This document shows positions 61,663-64,000 of a stretch of DNA of 64,000 bases, one piece after another. The DNA lies in assembly GCF_006345805.1 (NCBI RefSeq), contig NC_042998.1, positions 187,178,001-187,242,000 of the forward strand, written 5' to 3'. This DNA is from Octopus sinensis. Taxonomy: Eukaryota. A program made the position numbers and the translations under genes. Under the pieces are notes generated by a model, which was not told the DNA's origin, did no database searches, and was given only the letters and a program-made list of their open reading frames with translations. How positions within the stretch are numbered: position 1 is the first letter of the stretch; every line of letters begins with the position of its first letter.

Positions 61663-63809
61663 ATTATAATCCCCACCTTAGGTACATGAACAGATGTACA
61701 CGCCCTAGGTTAATGTGTAATCTTGGTACATACTAGCTCTCCATACCCAATTCTGTCCTCATGACTGGCATCTCCTCCACTGTTTACCCTCTGTGGTCTA
61801 CATGTCTGGATTCTGAATGCTCTCTCCATTGTTTTGTGTACAAGACCCCACATATCTTTTACAAGTGTCAGCCAACAACTTGCACTCCATCAAAGAGCGA
61901 GACAATTTCTTGAGCGCTGGTACCACAAAACGCTTCCAGTATGCCCTGAAAAGTTGTTTGCAAACTGAGTGGAGAATTCATAGAATTCTGAAGTCCCTTT
62001 ATTCAACCTCTCAAGTGTTCATGTCTCATAAACACACCCAGTGCACTCTGAAGTAGTTGGGGATAGGAAGGGCACCCAGTCATAGAAACGAACTGACATG
62101 TATGAACATCATTTTATAGAAGCAGCAGCTCCCAAGAAGAGAGGGATGAAATGACTCAGACCTGGTACTACCTGACCAAGCCTTGCTGGTGTAAAAGTGA
62201 TGACTATATATAATGAAGAGCCTCAAGGTAAACTTCGTATAGGTGCTAATAAGTGGGATAAAAGACAGGTCCCCAGCACCATCAGCAAATAAATGGCCAT
62301 GCTTGATAGCAGAAGTGGAATTCTATGTGCTGTACTCAGCATTAGCTATGGACACACAAGATTACAATTATTTATGTTGTTCGAAAAATTGTGAAAAAGA
62401 ATTGTATGGGTCCTTGATTTAGCTTTGAACTAATTCGGATTAAACAGACTACTTGTGTGGAGCACTGCATCCTTCAAAACTTCCATGCTTTCTGAGATTT
62501 GTCAATACTACACCTGATTTTCTCCCCTCCATACACACGCAAGCATGTATCTGACTCATACACTGTTCACTTTCCAGGCATTCGTGCATTACTGCATATA
62601 CTTTATACACATTTTCTGACAAGTTGTGGTGCACCTGAGCACTGTATACAATAATTTCATTATATTATAATGGACAAAAATATCTAGATCACGGTCCTGA
62701 AGTGCATGACCATATAATAACTGCAAAGTATATGGAGAATAAAATTGGTGCAGGTATAGCTCCCTGGTTAATACCAAGTTCTGTTCCAACAGAGCATATT
62801 TGTTTTATTTTTTTAGTTAAATTATATCTCTATACTCATGTATTGGTTGATAAACACATCAACAAACTTAGATGACCGACCACAACTTTTCCAAAGATCC
62901 TCCATGGTGCGTTTCTATCCCTAAGTCAAAGGCTTTCATTAGATCATTGGCATAAACTTTTTTGTTTGATGACTGAGAATGAACCATGATGTGATGAATT
63001 TGTGAAAAGATGCTGATATTTCAATATTTTGAAGTTAGACAACATTCAACCAGTCTGGAACGGCATGGTTTTTGATACAAACTTTTTCTTAGCAATTAAC
63101 TTCACATTTGCTCATATAAGGTAGCAGCCCATCTAACCTATAGCCCCATGCAATTCTTTGATACTACAAAGATCATGAATGTAATGTTTATTTATTGTAA
63201 CCCTGTTTCAGCCAAGAGTGTATCTAGTTAACTCTATACTTGAATTTATGATGGAATAGTATATTACATAATACAGTTCAGAACATAGCAGCAGCAGGCA
63301 AAGATCACTATAAATGGTGTATATACAGTACAGACAGAGAAGATAGTCATATGACAGCATGAAGCAGTGTTTAATTATTTTGTCATTCGCACTGATTGGC
63401 AATTCATCTCACCTATTAGTTAGGTTCTTCCCAATCACAAAACCAATGCTGCCCTCTTGTTTCTCATTTATTGGTTCATCAATCCAAATGAAACACTAAC
63501 CACAAACCATTTAATTAACTTAACTTACCTTACTCTAATCATCATGATTTAAAAAAGGGTGGTAATATTAGTTTAAAATTTTGACACAAGGCCAGCAATT
63601 TTGGGGAGAGAGTAAGTCAGTTACATCAACCCCAGTGCTCAACTGGTACTTTTTATTGTTGACCCCCAAAAAGGATGAAAGGCAAAGTCGACCTCCACGA
63701 ATTTTGACAAAATACTGCTGAGTATTTTGCCCAGCTTGCCACCTTAAAAAGGAAAGTAATCTCTTGATATTGTATCAGTCAAGCTCTGCTACATCAAAAG
63801 GAATATGGC

Positions 63810-64000
63810 AGCTGTTGAGTTGAGACCCCCTTCAGTCATGACTGACCATGGGATTGCACCTAGAAAGTTACCCTCCCAGGCACAAGTCCGGGCAAGGTTG
63901 TTTATGGAAGAGCAGCAGCCGCCCATGCATACCGGCCTCCCCTCTCCACACCACCAGTGTTATCCAAGGGAAAGGCAACGGCCGATACAGCTTGGCACCT
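63810..64000. repeat. GC-richer interspersed repeat, probably a SINE, cut by the window end
   Basis: Composition shift and resemblance to a repeat I recall from octopus DNA; no second copy in the window. Confidence 0.35.

Overview
AT-rich, microsatellite-dense animal genomic DNA. The repeat families and (TA)n/(GATA)n load look like a cephalopod, probably Octopus; this is inferred from repeat content, not proven. Two complete spliced housekeeping genes sit head-to-head with only 149 bp between their start codons: CDK7 (minus strand, 11 coding exons, 46458->21684, 339 aa) and REXO2/oligoribonuclease (plus strand, 6 coding exons, 46608->60945, 225 aa). Every exon was read by hand; all have GT-AG boundaries and consistent phase. 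The rest is transposon debris: RTE-clade and CR1/L2-clade LINE fragments, three tRNA-derived SINE families, three mariner relics, hAT-, piggyBac- and GG-terminated MITEs, non-autonomous Helitrons and several long fold-back palindromes. No intact transposase or RT ORF, prokaryotic gene, CRISPR array, rRNA or tRNA gene is supported. Most notable: (i) two covarying Penelope-type minimal hammerhead-ribozyme folds, (ii) a 21-bp intronic minisatellite whose unit contains 5' splice-site and branch-point consensus motifs, (iii) the ultra-compact CDK7/REXO2 bidirectional promoter with a palindromic ETS site, (iv) long intronic hairpins that are candidate ADAR substrates, and (v) a non-canonical ExoIII motif (HRGQED) in REXO2.
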